DNA of 44,761 nt from an uncultured Oscillospiraceae bacterium (GTDB lineage Bacteria; Bacillota; Clostridia; Oscillospirales; Ruminococcaceae). Within the stretch, counting starts at the first letter, position 1. Each line of letters begins with the position of its first letter. The stretch spans positions 1 through 44,761 of the forward strand of contig CAYRFC010000003.1 of NCBI GenBank assembly GCA_964423365.1, written 5' to 3'. A model generated the notes under the pieces. The model did not search any database, was not told the DNA's origin, and saw only the letters and a program-made list of their open reading frames with translations. The translations under genes were made by a program, and so were the position numbers. Shown here in pieces: positions 16,628-26,719 of this stretch.

Positions 16628-17812
16628 CTAGCCCTTCAGGTAGTTCAGCGGGTTTTGCCGCGCGCCGTTGGCATGCACCTCAAAATGCAGGTGCGGGCCG
16701 GTGGAAAAGCCGGTGGAGCCCACAAGCGCAATGGGCGTTCCCTGCTCCACATAGGTGCCCGCCCCCACCAAAAGCTGGGAGGCATGGGCGTACAGGGTTT
16801 TCACACCGTCGCCGTGGTCTATGATGATGTAGTTGCCATAGCTGGAATGGGTGGTGGCCGTGATGACCGTGCCCGCACCGGCGGCCAGGATATTGTCTCC
16901 GCTGGGCGCGCCGATATCCATGCCCAGATGGCCCCGGCCCGCAGGGTCGGGCGCGCCAAAGTGGCAGGTGATGCGATAGGAGGAGGGCACCGGCCAGATG
17001 AACACGCCGCCCACATACTGGCTGCCGTCGCCCGAGGAGCTGCCGCCCATATAGCGGGTGGCTGCCAGCATTTCTTCATAGGCCGCCTTGGCCGCGGCCA
17101 CCTCGTCCTCTTTGTTTTCGTAGGCCTGCTCCTGCGCGGTCACCTCCGCCTGCGCCTGGCTGATGGCGGAATCCTGCGCGGCGATATTCCCCGCCAGCAC
17201 CTGGGCGTTGTTGGCCAGCTCTGCGTAGGCGTTGTTCAGGTCCACCAGCAGGGCGTCAATCACCGCCTGCTCGGCCTCCAGGGCGGCGCGCTGCTCGGCC
17301 ATCATGGTCAAAAGCTCGCTGTCGTGCTTCGAGATGCGCTGCAAAGCGTCCACCATCTGCAAAAGCTCGGAGAAGCTGTCCACTGAGAGGGCGCGGGACA
17401 GCATGCTGGAGTCATTCATCTTATAGATGGCCACCAGCCGCTGCTGGAAAAGCTGGTCATTCTCATAGATGAGCTGCCGTTTTTGGGCCACCTCGGCCTC
17501 TTTTGCCTCCAGCGCCACGGTGGTTTGGGCTATCTCCTCCTGGTTCAGGCGAATCATCTCGTCCACCACGGTTTTTTCCTGTGCCAGCTGGGCGCGCACC
17601 TGCTCGGCAGCGGCCTGGCTGCCCTTGGCCTCGTCTATGGCCTCGCCAATGCCCGCCAGCTCCCCTTTCAGCCGTTCATACTTCTCCTTGGGCGTCTCGG
17701 CATGCACCGGCGCCGCCAGGGTGAAGCCCATGAGCAGTGCACAAAACAGGCAGCCCAGGCGCAGCCGCAGCTCCGCCCTGGGTGCTTTCTCTGGCAAACG
17801 GTTGTGTTTCAT
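16628..17812 (-). CDS. coiled-coil M23 peptidase (EnvC/PcsB-like FtsEX partner)
   Basis: ORF 16628..18121 trimmed to ATG 17812, because the longer form overlaps ftsX. Signal/anchor sequence, about 230 aa predicted coiled coil, C-terminal M23 domain with intact HLGMD and HLHFEVH. Confidence 0.85.
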   Translation of the reverse strand: MKHNRLPEKAPRAELRLRLGCLFCALLMGFTLAAPVHAETPKEKYERLKGELAGIGEAIDEAKGSQAAAEQVRAQLAQEKTVVDEMIRLNQEEIAQTTVALEAKEAEVAQKRQLIYENDQLFQQRLVAIYKMNDSSMLSRALSVDSFSELLQMVDALQRISKHDSELLTMMAEQRAALEAEQAVIDALLVDLNNAYAELANNAQVLAGNIAAQDSAISQAQAEVTAQEQAYENKEDEVAAAKAAYEEMLAATRYMGGSSSGDGSQYVGGVFIWPVPSSYRITCHFGAPDPAGRGHLGMDIGAPSGDNILAAGAGTVITATTHSSYGNYIIIDHGDGVKTLYAHASQLLVGAGTYVEQGTPIALVGSTGFSTGPHLHFEVHANGARQNPLNYLKG

Positions 17813-17931
17813 GGCAGTTCCTCTTCTTCGGGCTTTTCCATTATGGGGGGAAAAGGTGTGTATTGTATGGAAATTTTGGGCAATGCCACTTTTGCGGCGC
17901 GGCCCACACGGCCTGTTTGCACCAGCCGCCC

Positions 17932-18831
17932 CTACACTTTCAAGTGCTTGCGCACGCTGGTGGCGGTGCCAAAGCCGCCTATAAACACCCCGAACACCGC
18001 AAACCCGGCCACCACATAGGGCCAGATGACATCCAGCGTGAAGATGTTGTGCATGATGCTCATAATCCAGGTATTGTACATATCCATGAGATAGTTGTAC
18101 ACAAAGTAGTAGCCCGCGCACACCAGCCCCGCCGCCAGCACGCCGGAAATCAGCCCCACCGTCATGCCCTCCACAAAGAAGGGCAGGCGGATGAAGGTAT
18201 TGGTGGCGCCCACATATTTCATGATGGAAATCTCCCGCCGCCGGGCAAACACGGTGAGGCGGATGGTGTTGCTGATGACGATGACCGAGACCACCGCCAG
18301 AATGGCCACCAGCCCCAGCCCGCCGTAGGTAACGGCGTTCTTGATGGTGATGATGATGCCGGTGAGGTCGGTGGGCATTTGGGTGTAGTCCACCCCGGGC
18401 AGGGCGTCCAGAGCGGTGCCCGTCTGCTCCATCAGGGTCAGGTCCTCCACCGTCACAAAAAAGCGGGCGGGGAAAATCTGCTCATAGTTGTTCAGCACAT
18501 TGCCGTAGGTTTCCAGCCACGCCTGCACCTGGGTGAAGGCGTCGGCCTTGGATTCATAGGTCACCTCCAGCACATTGGGCATGGCGGCTATCTGCTCGTT
18601 CATGGCGGCGGCCTGGTCGTCCGGCACCTCGGGCGAGAGATAGACCACAATTTCGTTCTGGTTCGCCATATAGTTCACCAGGCTGTTCACGTTGATGAAC
18701 ACCAGGGTGGCAATGCCGGTGATGATGAGACAGGCGGTGAGCACACCCACCGAGGCAAAGCTCATCAGGCGGTTGGCCGCCATGTTTTTCCAGCCCTGTT
18801 TAATAAGGTAACGGAGAGAGGAGAGCCTCAA
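17932..18831 (-). CDS. ftsX: cell division permease-like protein FtsX
   Basis: 299 aa. FtsX N-terminal pattern (LRYLIKQGWKNMAANRLMSFASV), extracellular domain and a C-terminal 3-TM bundle. TTG start overlaps the ftsE stop (TTGA). Confidence 0.9.
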   Translation of the reverse strand: MRLSSLRYLIKQGWKNMAANRLMSFASVGVLTACLIITGIATLVFINVNSLVNYMANQNEIVVYLSPEVPDDQAAAMNEQIAAMPNVLEVTYESKADAFTQVQAWLETYGNVLNNYEQIFPARFFVTVEDLTLMEQTGTALDALPGVDYTQMPTDLTGIIITIKNAVTYGGLGLVAILAVVSVIVISNTIRLTVFARRREISIMKYVGATNTFIRLPFFVEGMTVGLISGVLAAGLVCAGYYFVYNYLMDMYNTWIMSIMHNIFTLDVIWPYVVAGFAVFGVFIGGFGTATSVRKHLKV

Positions 18832-19550
18832 AACGCGTCGCCCCCCTTCCCGGTGAAATCATCGGCCACCACTTCCCCGTGGTCGATGGTGATGATGCGC
18901 TCTGAAAAGCGCTGGGCCAGGTCGTGCTCATGGGTAACCACCACCACGGTGGTGCCCACCATGTTGATGGCTTTTAGCAGCTCCATGATTTCCACCGAGA
19001 GCTCGGGGTCGATGTTGCCGGTGGGCTCGTCGGCAATGATGATGGGCGGGGAATGCACCAGCGCACGGGCCAGGGCCACCCGCTGCTGCTCGCCGCCCGA
19101 AAGCTCGCTGGGCAGGCTGCGCGCCTTGCCCGCCAGGCCCACCAGGTTCAGCACATAGGGCACCCGCTTTTTAATCTCCTTTTCGGGGATATTGGTAACG
19201 CGCATGGCAAAGGCCACGTTCTCAAACGCCGTCATGGTGGGGATGAGGCGGAAGTCCTGAAAGACCACGCCCAGGCCCCGCCGCAGGTAGGGAATATCCC
19301 GCTGGCGGATGCGCGAAAGGTCGCGCCCGCCCACCGTCACCCGCCCCGTGGTGGCCACCTCTTCGCGCAGAATCAGCTTTAAAAAGGTGCTTTTGCCCGC
19401 GCCGGAATGCCCCAGCACAAACACAAACTCCCCCCGGCGAATCTCCAGGCTCACGTCCTGCAAGGCCGTTACCCCGCCGGGGTACACCTTGCCCACGTGT
19501 GTCATGCTAATCATCACCGAATCGTTTGAGACAATTGGTTTTTTTGCCAT
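18828..19550 (-). CDS. ftsE: cell division ATP-binding protein FtsE
   Basis: Walker A GHSGAGKST, signature LSGGEQQRV, Walker B IIIADEPTG. ORF trimmed to ATG 19550. Confidence 0.9.
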   Translation of the reverse strand: MAKKPIVSNDSVMISMTHVGKVYPGGVTALQDVSLEIRRGEFVFVLGHSGAGKSTFLKLILREEVATTGRVTVGGRDLSRIRQRDIPYLRRGLGVVFQDFRLIPTMTAFENVAFAMRVTNIPEKEIKKRVPYVLNLVGLAGKARSLPSELSGGEQQRVALARALVHSPPIIIADEPTGNIDPELSVEIMELLKAINMVGTTVVVVTHEHDLAQRFSERIITIDHGEVVADDFTGKGGDAF

Positions 19551-19656
19551 GCTACCAACCTTCACTTTACAGATAATATCCCCCAAAGCGCATGGCACTG
19601 CGCCGCACCGCTGCCTTTTGGGAATGGCCGCCCTCTTTGCCGCAGGAACAGTATAA

Positions 19657-19685
19657 GGGACTGCCGCTGGATATACGGCAGTCCC
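19657..19685 (-). terminator. hairpin downstream of the CdaR-type regulator gene
   Basis: GGGACTGCCG / CGGCAGTCCC 10-bp stem with a 9-nt loop. Only a weak U-tract on the minus strand. Confidence 0.5.
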
Positions 19686-19710
19686 ATGGTACCACGTTTT
19701 TGGGTTTTTA

Positions 19711-20799
19711 TCAATATTTGGCCGCGCTGGAGTTCAGGTACTTCTTCACCATCAGGGCCACCTTGAACACGATGGCGTCATCGAACTCGCGCAGATCCAG
19801 CCCGGTGAGCTTCTTGATTTTTTCCAGCCGGTACACCAGGGTATTGCGGTGCACAAACAGGCCGCGGCTGGTCTCACTTACATTGAGGTTGTTCTCAAAA
19901 AAGCGCTGGATGGTGAACAGGGTCTCCTCGTCCAGGCTGTCGATGCTGCCCTGGTTGAACACCTCTTTGAGGAACATCTCGCACAGGGTGGTGGGCAGCT
20001 GGTAGATGAGCCGGGCGATGCCCAGATGGTTGTAGCTGATGATGGGCTGCTCATTGTCGAACACCTTGCCCACTTCCAGGGCAATCTGGGCCTCCTTGAA
20101 GCTGGCGGAGAGGTCTTTGATGTTGGAGATGGGGGTACCGATGCCCACCACGGCTTTGATATAGTGCTCGCCGTTCAGGGTATCCACAATGGAAGCCGCC
20201 AGCTTCTCCACGTCTTTTTCGTCTATTCCACGCCGTATTTCCTTCACCAGTACGGTGTCGGTTTCGCTGGCGTTGAAGATAAAATCCTTCTGTTTGTCTG
20301 GGAAAAGGCCGCTCACCACCTCAAAGGCGGAGATATCGGTGCTGCTGACCACCCGGATGAGCAGCACCACCCGGGCCACATCGGTGGCGAAGTGCAGCTC
20401 CCGCGCCTTGGCAAAGATATCGCCGGGCAGGATATTTTCCAGCACCACATTTTTGATAAAATTGGATTTGTCAAATTTTTCGTCGTGATATTGCAAAATA
20501 TTTTGCAGGCTGAAGGCCAGCAGGGCCGCCGTTTTGGCCGCCGGGGCACCCTCTCCCTGCACAAAAGCCGCATAGTTGCCCCCGCCGTCGGAGGGGAACA
20601 CATGGTAGCTGGCCCCATTTTTCACAAAGCCGCCGTCCTCGGTCTCGGCCAGCAGCTCCACCAGCTCGGCATTGGCCTCGCCCACGCGCGCAATGTCGGT
20701 GCAGGAGACGACCACGCCCTCCATGTCCACCACACCGGCCGTTTCGTCCAGCACATCCCGCATCTGATACAGAACACCTTGGAATACCCGGTTCGCCAT
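19711..20799 (-). CDS. CdaR/PucR-family transcriptional regulator
   Basis: 362 aa. C-terminal PucR-type HTH (FVHRNTLVYRLEKIKKLTGLDLREFDDAIVFKVAL). Confidence 0.85.
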   Translation of the reverse strand: MANRVFQGVLYQMRDVLDETAGVVDMEGVVVSCTDIARVGEANAELVELLAETEDGGFVKNGASYHVFPSDGGGNYAAFVQGEGAPAAKTAALLAFSLQNILQYHDEKFDKSNFIKNVVLENILPGDIFAKARELHFATDVARVVLLIRVVSSTDISAFEVVSGLFPDKQKDFIFNASETDTVLVKEIRRGIDEKDVEKLAASIVDTLNGEHYIKAVVGIGTPISNIKDLSASFKEAQIALEVGKVFDNEQPIISYNHLGIARLIYQLPTTLCEMFLKEVFNQGSIDSLDEETLFTIQRFFENNLNVSETSRGLFVHRNTLVYRLEKIKKLTGLDLREFDDAIVFKVALMVKKYLNSSAAKY

Positions 20800-20876
20800 T
20801 ACATCAGACCCCTTCCGTCACCGCCGGTATGTTGTTCATTGTAAGGTTGAACAAATATCACTGCCCATTGATATCT

Positions 20877-20905
20877 ATATTACACAATCAAATTGGCTTT
20901 TGCAA
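20877..20905 (-). promoter_or_regulatory. sigma-A type promoter of the CdaR-type regulator
   Basis: Minus strand reads TTGCAA (20900..20905), 17 nt spacer, TAATAT (20877..20882). Confidence 0.5.
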
Positions 20906-21003
20906 CAGTTTTGTACAAAAAAAGTTGCCGTTTCTTGTGTAATTTTCAGAAGCACGGCAAGATGCACAAAAAAGGCCCCATTTATTGCACGAACGGTTTT
21001 GCT

Positions 21004-21414
21004 CTATTTTGCCCCGTCTTTATTTCTTCGCTTTTTCTTAAAATTTTCCATAAACAGCTCATCCTTCACCTCCAAATCCCGCACCCCGGCCAGAGACTCG
21101 ATGTGATGGGTCAGCTCATGGCGCAGCAGCTCGGCCAGGCCCTGCTTTTGCTCCGCCCGGCTGTGCCCGGCATACACCTGCACAAAAGAGCCGTAATAGA
21201 TGGAGATATAGCGCCCCATTCCATACGGCTCGTTGTGGTAAAGCCCCAGGGTGTACAGGTCCCGCCCCTCGGCCTCGGGCGATAGCTGCGCCTGCCGCAG
21301 CAGCACAATGCCGCCGTTCAGCTCGTGAAACAGCTCCTCGGGCAGGCTCTCGGCCACCTCGTCCAGCCATTCGCCCGCCTCGTCATAGCTCATCAGCCCC
21401 GGCCGTTCTTCCAT
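21004..21414 (-). CDS. zincin-like metallopeptidase family protein (HExxH)
   Basis: 136 aa with an HELTHH motif, resembling the small possible-zinc-metallopeptidase family (DUF1025-like). RBS AAGGAGG. Confidence 0.7.
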   Translation of the reverse strand: MEERPGLMSYDEAGEWLDEVAESLPEELFHELNGGIVLLRQAQLSPEAEGRDLYTLGLYHNEPYGMGRYISIYYGSFVQVYAGHSRAEQKQGLAELLRHELTHHIESLAGVRDLEVKDELFMENFKKKRRNKDGAK

Positions 21415-21448
21415 GCCAGCCTCCTTTGCGGCGCAATGAAGCGCCCGC

Positions 21449-23221
21449 CTACATCCGCTCGGGCACCTCCACCTTCAGCATGCGCAGGCCATTGGCCAGC
21501 ACCGTTTGGGCGCAGCGGCACAGCAGCAGCCGCGCCTGCTGCAGGTCGGCCGCCTCGCCCTTGATGCGGCAGCCGGTGTAAAAGCGGTGGAAGCCGGTGG
21601 CCAGCTCTATGAGGTAGCGGGTGACACGGGCGGGGTCGTAGTTTTCGGCAGCGGCCCGCACCTCCCCCGGGAAGGCGGCAATTTGGCGTATCAGTGCGCG
21701 CTCTTTTTCGTCCTGCAAAAGCGGCGTAAGCCCAAAGGCCCGGGGCAGGCTGAGGGCCACCCCCTCCTCCCCCAGTGCCCGCACAATGGAGCAGATGCGC
21801 GCATGGGCATACTGCACATAGTACACGGGGTTGTCGCTGTCCTCCTTCACGGCCAGGCCCAGGTCAAACTCAATGGCGCTGCCCGGCTCCCGCATATTGA
21901 AGAAGAAACGGGCAGAATCAATCGGCACCTCGTCCAGCAAATCCGTCAGGGTGATGGCCTTGCCGGTGCGCTTGCTCATCCGCACAGGCTCGCCGTCCTG
22001 CACCAGCCGCACAAACTGCATCAGCACAATGTCCAGCCGGCTGCCGTCCAGCCCCAGGGCGTCCATGGCGCCCTTCATCCGGGCCACATGGCCGTGGTGG
22101 TCGGCCCCCCATACGTCTATGGCCCGCTCAAAGCCGCGGGCAAACTTGTTGGCGTGGTAGGCGATGTCGGCGGCAAAATAGGTGGGAATGCCGTTGGCCC
22201 GCACCAGCACCTCGTCCTTCTCGCTGCCGTCGGCGCTGGCCTTATACCAGACGGCCCCCTCTTTCTCGTAGGCCATGCCGCGCTCCTTCAGGGTTTCCAC
22301 CGCCTGCATCACCGCGCCGCTCTGGTGCAGGCTGCTCTCGCTGAACCACACATCGTAGGCCACCCGGTATTTGGCCAGGTCGGTTTTCAAACCCGCGATG
22401 TTCAGCGGCAGGGCATAGTCCACCAGCGCCTGCTGTCGTTCCTCCTCGCCGGTCTCTTTGTATGTTTCGCCATGCAGCTCATAGAACTCCCGCGCGCGCT
22501 GGCGAATATCCTCGCCCTGGTAGCCGTCCTCGGGGAATTCCACGGCCTCCTCACCCAGAATGATTTGCAGGTAGCGGGCCGAGAGGCTCTTGCCGAATTT
22601 TTGAATCTGGTTGCCCGCGTCGTTGATATAAAACTCCCGGCAGACCTCGTAGCCCGCCATGGAGAGCGCCTCTGCCAGGCAGTCGCCCAGGGCCGCGCCG
22701 CGCGCGTTGCCCAGGTGCATGGGGCCGGTGGGGTTGGCCGAGACAAACTCCACGTTGATTTTCCGGCCTTTCCCGCCGTCTGTGCGTCCATATTCCTCGC
22801 CGTTCAGCTGGGCGGCCAGCAAGACGCCCGTATTCCAGCTATCGGCCAAAAAGAGGTTTAAGAAGCCCGGCCCGGCCACCTCGGCTTTTTGAATCGGCCA
22901 GTTTTCACCGGTGCTCTCGGCGGTTTTCAGGTGGGCCAGCAGGGTTTCGGCAATCTTGCGGGGGGGCAGCTTGTAGGCCTTGGCCCCCACCAGCGCCAGG
23001 TTGGCCGCCAGGTCGCCGTGGCTGGCATCGGCTGGCACCTCCACCACAAAATCCGGCGGGGGCACATCGGGCAGCTCGCCCGCGGCCACCGCCCTGGCCA
23101 GGGCAGCCAGCAGTGCCGCGCGGGCCTCCTCCTTGGTCACCTGCACCATGTCGGCATGGTGGTAAACCTTCTTCGCCTCTTCCTGCCAGTTTTCCTCGGA
23201 CGTAATGATTTCTATGGACAT
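21449..23221 (-). CDS. argS: arginine--tRNA ligase
   Basis: 590 aa. HIGH-type motif PMHLGN and KMSKS-type RMSKR. ATG 23221 lies 8 nt after AAGGAGG and shares one base with the DUF1934 stop. The track start at 23224 is a TTG. Confidence 0.95.
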   Translation of the reverse strand: MSIEIITSEENWQEEAKKVYHHADMVQVTKEEARAALLAALARAVAAGELPDVPPPDFVVEVPADASHGDLAANLALVGAKAYKLPPRKIAETLLAHLKTAESTGENWPIQKAEVAGPGFLNLFLADSWNTGVLLAAQLNGEEYGRTDGGKGRKINVEFVSANPTGPMHLGNARGAALGDCLAEALSMAGYEVCREFYINDAGNQIQKFGKSLSARYLQIILGEEAVEFPEDGYQGEDIRQRAREFYELHGETYKETGEEERQQALVDYALPLNIAGLKTDLAKYRVAYDVWFSESSLHQSGAVMQAVETLKERGMAYEKEGAVWYKASADGSEKDEVLVRANGIPTYFAADIAYHANKFARGFERAIDVWGADHHGHVARMKGAMDALGLDGSRLDIVLMQFVRLVQDGEPVRMSKRTGKAITLTDLLDEVPIDSARFFFNMREPGSAIEFDLGLAVKEDSDNPVYYVQYAHARICSIVRALGEEGVALSLPRAFGLTPLLQDEKERALIRQIAAFPGEVRAAAENYDPARVTRYLIELATGFHRFYTGCRIKGEAADLQQARLLLCRCAQTVLANGLRMLKVEVPERM

Positions 23222-23643
23222 CAATCGGCCTCCTTGACCGTAATTTTCACTTTGTTGTGGGAGAGGTGGCTGCTGCCCGTGTCCAGCGCGTAGCTGAAGG
23301 TCAGGTCGCCCCCGCGTTCGGTGAGGTGGCTCTCAATCTCGTCGGCAGCCACCCCCAGGCTGATGACCCCGGCGCCGCTGTCGTAGTGGCAAACATGCCG
23401 CCGCCCGCGCTCTATCACAAGCTGGCTGGGCATGGTTCCGTAGCGCAGCATCGACACCTTTTTGCTGCTCTCCACCTGTACGGTGGTCACATTGCCCGCA
23501 TAGCCGGTGGCCTCGCTCTCCTCATAGATGATGAAATAGCTGCCATCCTTATAGAGGAACTTGCCCCTCGTCATCAGGCTGATGGTGTCCACCTCGCCCG
23601 AGAGGTCAATTTCTCCGTCTATCTGAATCAAAAAATTGTCCAT
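23221..23643 (-). CDS. DUF1934 domain protein
   Basis: 140 aa beta-rich protein in the position immediately upstream of argS that is conserved in Firmicutes. Confidence 0.8.
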   Translation of the reverse strand: MDNFLIQIDGEIDLSGEVDTISLMTRGKFLYKDGSYFIIYEESEATGYAGNVTTVQVESSKKVSMLRYGTMPSQLVIERGRRHVCHYDSGAGVISLGVAADEIESHLTERGGDLTFSYALDTGSSHLSHNKVKITVKEAD

Positions 23644-23669
23644 CTGGCTTCCTTTTTCCTTTCGGTGCT

Positions 23670-24536
23670 TCAGTCCACCCCGGGCATGGCCCCTTTCAAT
23701 ATCAAATCCAGGTCATACTTTTCAATGGGAATGCGCCGGGCCCCGGCGGCGGCATCCTCCGGCAGGAAGATGCCCGCCAGGGTGTTGAAGCGGGCCGGCT
23801 CGTCACTGACAAAATACCGCGCCTGCCCGCCTGTGCGGCGGGGGTTCAAAAGGCCGGTCTCGGCCATGCGGCGCTGCATGGTCAGGGCGGCCTCCCGCCC
23901 GGAATCGATGAGGGTGACGCCGGGGCCAAACTGCTTTTGCAGCACCCCGGCCAGCAGGGGATAGTGGGTGCAGCCCAGAATCACCGTGTCTACCCCAGCG
24001 GCCTTCACCCCGCCCAGATACTCCCCCGCGGCCAGGTGGGCCATGGGGTCGTCCGGGGCAAAGTGGCCGTTTTCCACCAGCGGCACAAACAGCGGGCAGG
24101 CCGCGGCCACGGTTTCCAGTTTTGGGTTCAGCGCATGCAGGGCGGCCTGGTAGCTGCCCGAGGAGACGGTGGCCTCGGTGCCCAAAATGCCCACCCTGCC
24201 GTTCCGGGTGGCCGCCGCCGCGGCTGCCGCCGCCGCCTGCAGCACCCCGGTATACTCCACTGGCAGGGCCTCGCCCTCCTCGGCCGGGTAGGTGCTGCTC
24301 ACCGTGCCGCAGGCCGCAATGATGGTTTTGACACGCTGGGAGAGCAGAAAGGCGATGTCCTGCCGCGCGTAGCTCAGGATGGTATCCCGCCCGCGGGTGC
24401 CGTAGGGCACCCGGCCGGTATCCCCGAAATACACAATATCTTCCCCCGGCAGCAGGCGGCGCAGCTCCCGCACCGCGGTGAGGCCGCCCAGCCCCGAGTC
24501 GAACACCCCGATGGGGGCGCTTTGGGTTTGCTCCAT
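23670..24536 (-). CDS. murI: glutamate racemase
   Basis: IGVFDSGLGGLT, catalytic Cys motifs IAACGTVS and GCTHYP. Start moved to ATG 24536, 9 nt after GGGAAGGG. The track start at 24545 is a GTG abutting the RBS. Confidence 0.93.
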   Translation of the reverse strand: MEQTQSAPIGVFDSGLGGLTAVRELRRLLPGEDIVYFGDTGRVPYGTRGRDTILSYARQDIAFLLSQRVKTIIAACGTVSSTYPAEEGEALPVEYTGVLQAAAAAAAAATRNGRVGILGTEATVSSGSYQAALHALNPKLETVAAACPLFVPLVENGHFAPDDPMAHLAAGEYLGGVKAAGVDTVILGCTHYPLLAGVLQKQFGPGVTLIDSGREAALTMQRRMAETGLLNPRRTGGQARYFVSDEPARFNTLAGIFLPEDAAAGARRIPIEKYDLDLILKGAMPGVD

Positions 24537-24569
24537 AGGGGCCACCCCTTCCCTGGGAATTGACGCGGG

Positions 24570-25643
24570 CTACACCTCCGCGCGCTCCAGCGCCAGCTGA
24601 ATGAGCTGGCTGCAGAGTGTGGCGAAGGACAGGCCGCTGTGCTCCATCAGCTTTGGATACATGCTGATGGCCGTGAAGCCCGGCATGGTGTTGATTTCGT
24701 TCAGCAGCACCGCGCCGTCACTCTCCCGCAGGAAGAAGTCCACCCTTGCCAGCCCGGTGCAGCCCAGCGCCCTGTAGGCCCTGGCCGCCATCTCCCGCAG
24801 CTCCTCGGCCTTCTCGGGGGGAATGCGGGCGGGGATGAACAGCTTGCTGGCATCCCCGCTCTGGTATTTGGCCTCGTAGTCATAGGCCTCGTTGCAGCTG
24901 CAAATTTCACCAGGGGCCGACACCAGCGGCGCCCGGTCGCCCAGCACGGCGCACTCCAGCTCCTGGCCCACCACGCCCTGCTCAAACAGCAGCAGGCTGT
25001 CGTGCGCGCTGGCCAGCTTCACCGCCGCGGCCAGCTCCTCGGGGTCCTTCACCTTGCTGATGCCGATGCTGGAGCCGCTGACCGAGGGCTTGACAAAGAT
25101 AGGAAATTCCAGCTTTTCCCGCAGGCGGAACAGCAGCTGCTCAAAGTCTCCCACCTCGTGGCGGGGCAGGGCCATCCAGGGGGTGTGGGGCAGGCCCGCC
25201 GCCTCAAACAGGCGGTTGGCCGTCACCTTGTCCATACAGGCGGCACTGGCCAGCACGTCGCAGCCCACATAGGGGATGCCCGCCAGCTCCAGCAGGCCCT
25301 GCACGGTGCCATCCTCGCCGTTGCGGCCATGCAGCGCCGGAAACACCACATCTATCTTGGCGGTGTCGAAGCCGCCCTCGTAGCTGATGACCAGGCCGTG
25401 GGTCACCCTGTCTGGCGAGAGGATGGCGGGCACGTTATCGGGGTTTTTGTCCCATTCGGCACTGCGCATCTCCGCAAGGCCGCCGGGGTACAAGAGCCAG
25501 CGCCCCCGCTTGGTGATGCCCACCTTATATACTTCATATAAGTCCTCGCTGAGGTTCTGGGCGATGGCCGCCGCTGAGATGCAGGAGATTTCGTGCTCGG
25601 ACGAAACCCCGCCAAACAGCAGGGCAACCCGCAATTTTGCCAT
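24570..25643 (-). CDS. ddl: D-alanine--D-alanine ligase
   Basis: 357 aa with an ATP-grasp fold. The omega-loop YDYEAKY keeps the Tyr that is diagnostic of D-Ala-D-Ala (not D-Ala-D-Lac) ligases. Confidence 0.95.
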   Translation of the reverse strand: MAKLRVALLFGGVSSEHEISCISAAAIAQNLSEDLYEVYKVGITKRGRWLLYPGGLAEMRSAEWDKNPDNVPAILSPDRVTHGLVISYEGGFDTAKIDVVFPALHGRNGEDGTVQGLLELAGIPYVGCDVLASAACMDKVTANRLFEAAGLPHTPWMALPRHEVGDFEQLLFRLREKLEFPIFVKPSVSGSSIGISKVKDPEELAAAVKLASAHDSLLLFEQGVVGQELECAVLGDRAPLVSAPGEICSCNEAYDYEAKYQSGDASKLFIPARIPPEKAEELREMAARAYRALGCTGLARVDFFLRESDGAVLLNEINTMPGFTAISMYPKLMEHSGLSFATLCSQLIQLALERAEV

Positions 25644-25684
25644 AGTGAACTTCCTTTCCGGTGCCAGGCTGTGGTGCGCCGTGT

Positions 25685-26560
25685 TCAGCGCGGGCGTTTT
25701 TCGCCCAGATAATAGATGGCAATGGCACGGGGCCCCGTGTTGGTAGACACCGCCGAGCCCAGCTTGTATACCCCCTGCGGCTTGCGTTTCAAGCGTTTTT
25801 CGCTGGCGGCGGCCATCTCGGCCAGATACTCGTCCTTGGTGCCCGCCACACCAAATTCACTGCCTTCGGCCATATGGGCCACGGCGTAGTCCAGCATGGC
25901 GGGAATGAGGTCCTTGTCGCCCCGCACTTTTTTCTGCACCCGGCTCTCGCCGTCTATCAGGGTGATAACCGGACGCACCCCCAGCAGCTCCCCCGCAATG
26001 GCGGCGGCCGCGCTGATGCGCCCGCTTTTTTTCATGAAGCGCAGGGTATAGGCCCCCAGCACAATCTCTGTCCGGGCGTAGATGTCCTCCAGCCAGTCCA
26101 CCACGTCGCGCATCTCGGCGCCGTTTTGCAGCTTCTGGGCCGCCTGCACCACAGGCCAGCCGAAGGGGATGGAATAGGCGTGGCTGTCCACCAGAAAAAT
26201 CTCCATTTTGCTCTCTGGCCGCTCGCGGCGGAACTCCTCCACAGCCATGCAGGCCGCGTGGTAGCTGTTCGAGCCAGCCGCGTTCATGCTTACATACAGC
26301 AGCTGTTCTGTGCCTTTGTCGTCGTAGTGCTGGAACTTTTCTACAAAGCGCAGGCTGGTGATGTGGGCGGTGGCGGGAATGCCCTCGCAATTTTCCAGCA
26401 TCTCGTAGTATTCGTCGGGGCTGAAGTCCAGCCGCTCCCAGTAGCTGTTCCCGTCCACGGTTATCTGCACCGGCAGAATGTCCAGGCCGGCCTCTTTTTC
26501 CATCTCAGGGGGGATGTCGCTGGCAGAATCGGTCATCACGGCGAAGGTACGTTTCGGCAT
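25685..26560 (-). CDS. DegV family fatty-acid-binding protein
   Basis: 291 aa, FAVMTDSASDIP start typical of DegV. ORF trimmed to ATG 26560 behind AGGAGAG. Confidence 0.9.
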   Translation of the reverse strand: MPKRTFAVMTDSASDIPPEMEKEAGLDILPVQITVDGNSYWERLDFSPDEYYEMLENCEGIPATAHITSLRFVEKFQHYDDKGTEQLLYVSMNAAGSNSYHAACMAVEEFRRERPESKMEIFLVDSHAYSIPFGWPVVQAAQKLQNGAEMRDVVDWLEDIYARTEIVLGAYTLRFMKKSGRISAAAAIAGELLGVRPVITLIDGESRVQKKVRGDKDLIPAMLDYAVAHMAEGSEFGVAGTKDEYLAEMAAASEKRLKRKPQGVYKLGSAVSTNTGPRAIAIYYLGEKRPR

Positions 26561-26719
26561 CAATTCTCTCCTGACAAAATGAGTGTGGGCGTTTGGCAAA
26601 CGCCTTACTTATGCACTACGAAATCCGCACCGGGTTTTCTCCGGCACCCTGGCCGGGAAGGGGCGGCACGAATGCCCGCAGCGCAGGGCCTTTCCCCCAG
26701 AGCGGCTCTCTGCGGGGGC

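Noticed and set aside
17813-18121. 5' extension of the coiled-coil M23 ORF (track 16628..18121)
   Set aside because: The extension overlaps the 3' end of ftsX and encodes a His/Cys/Arg/Gly-rich peptide. The signal-peptide-like start MKHNRLPEK at 17812 fits the protein family.
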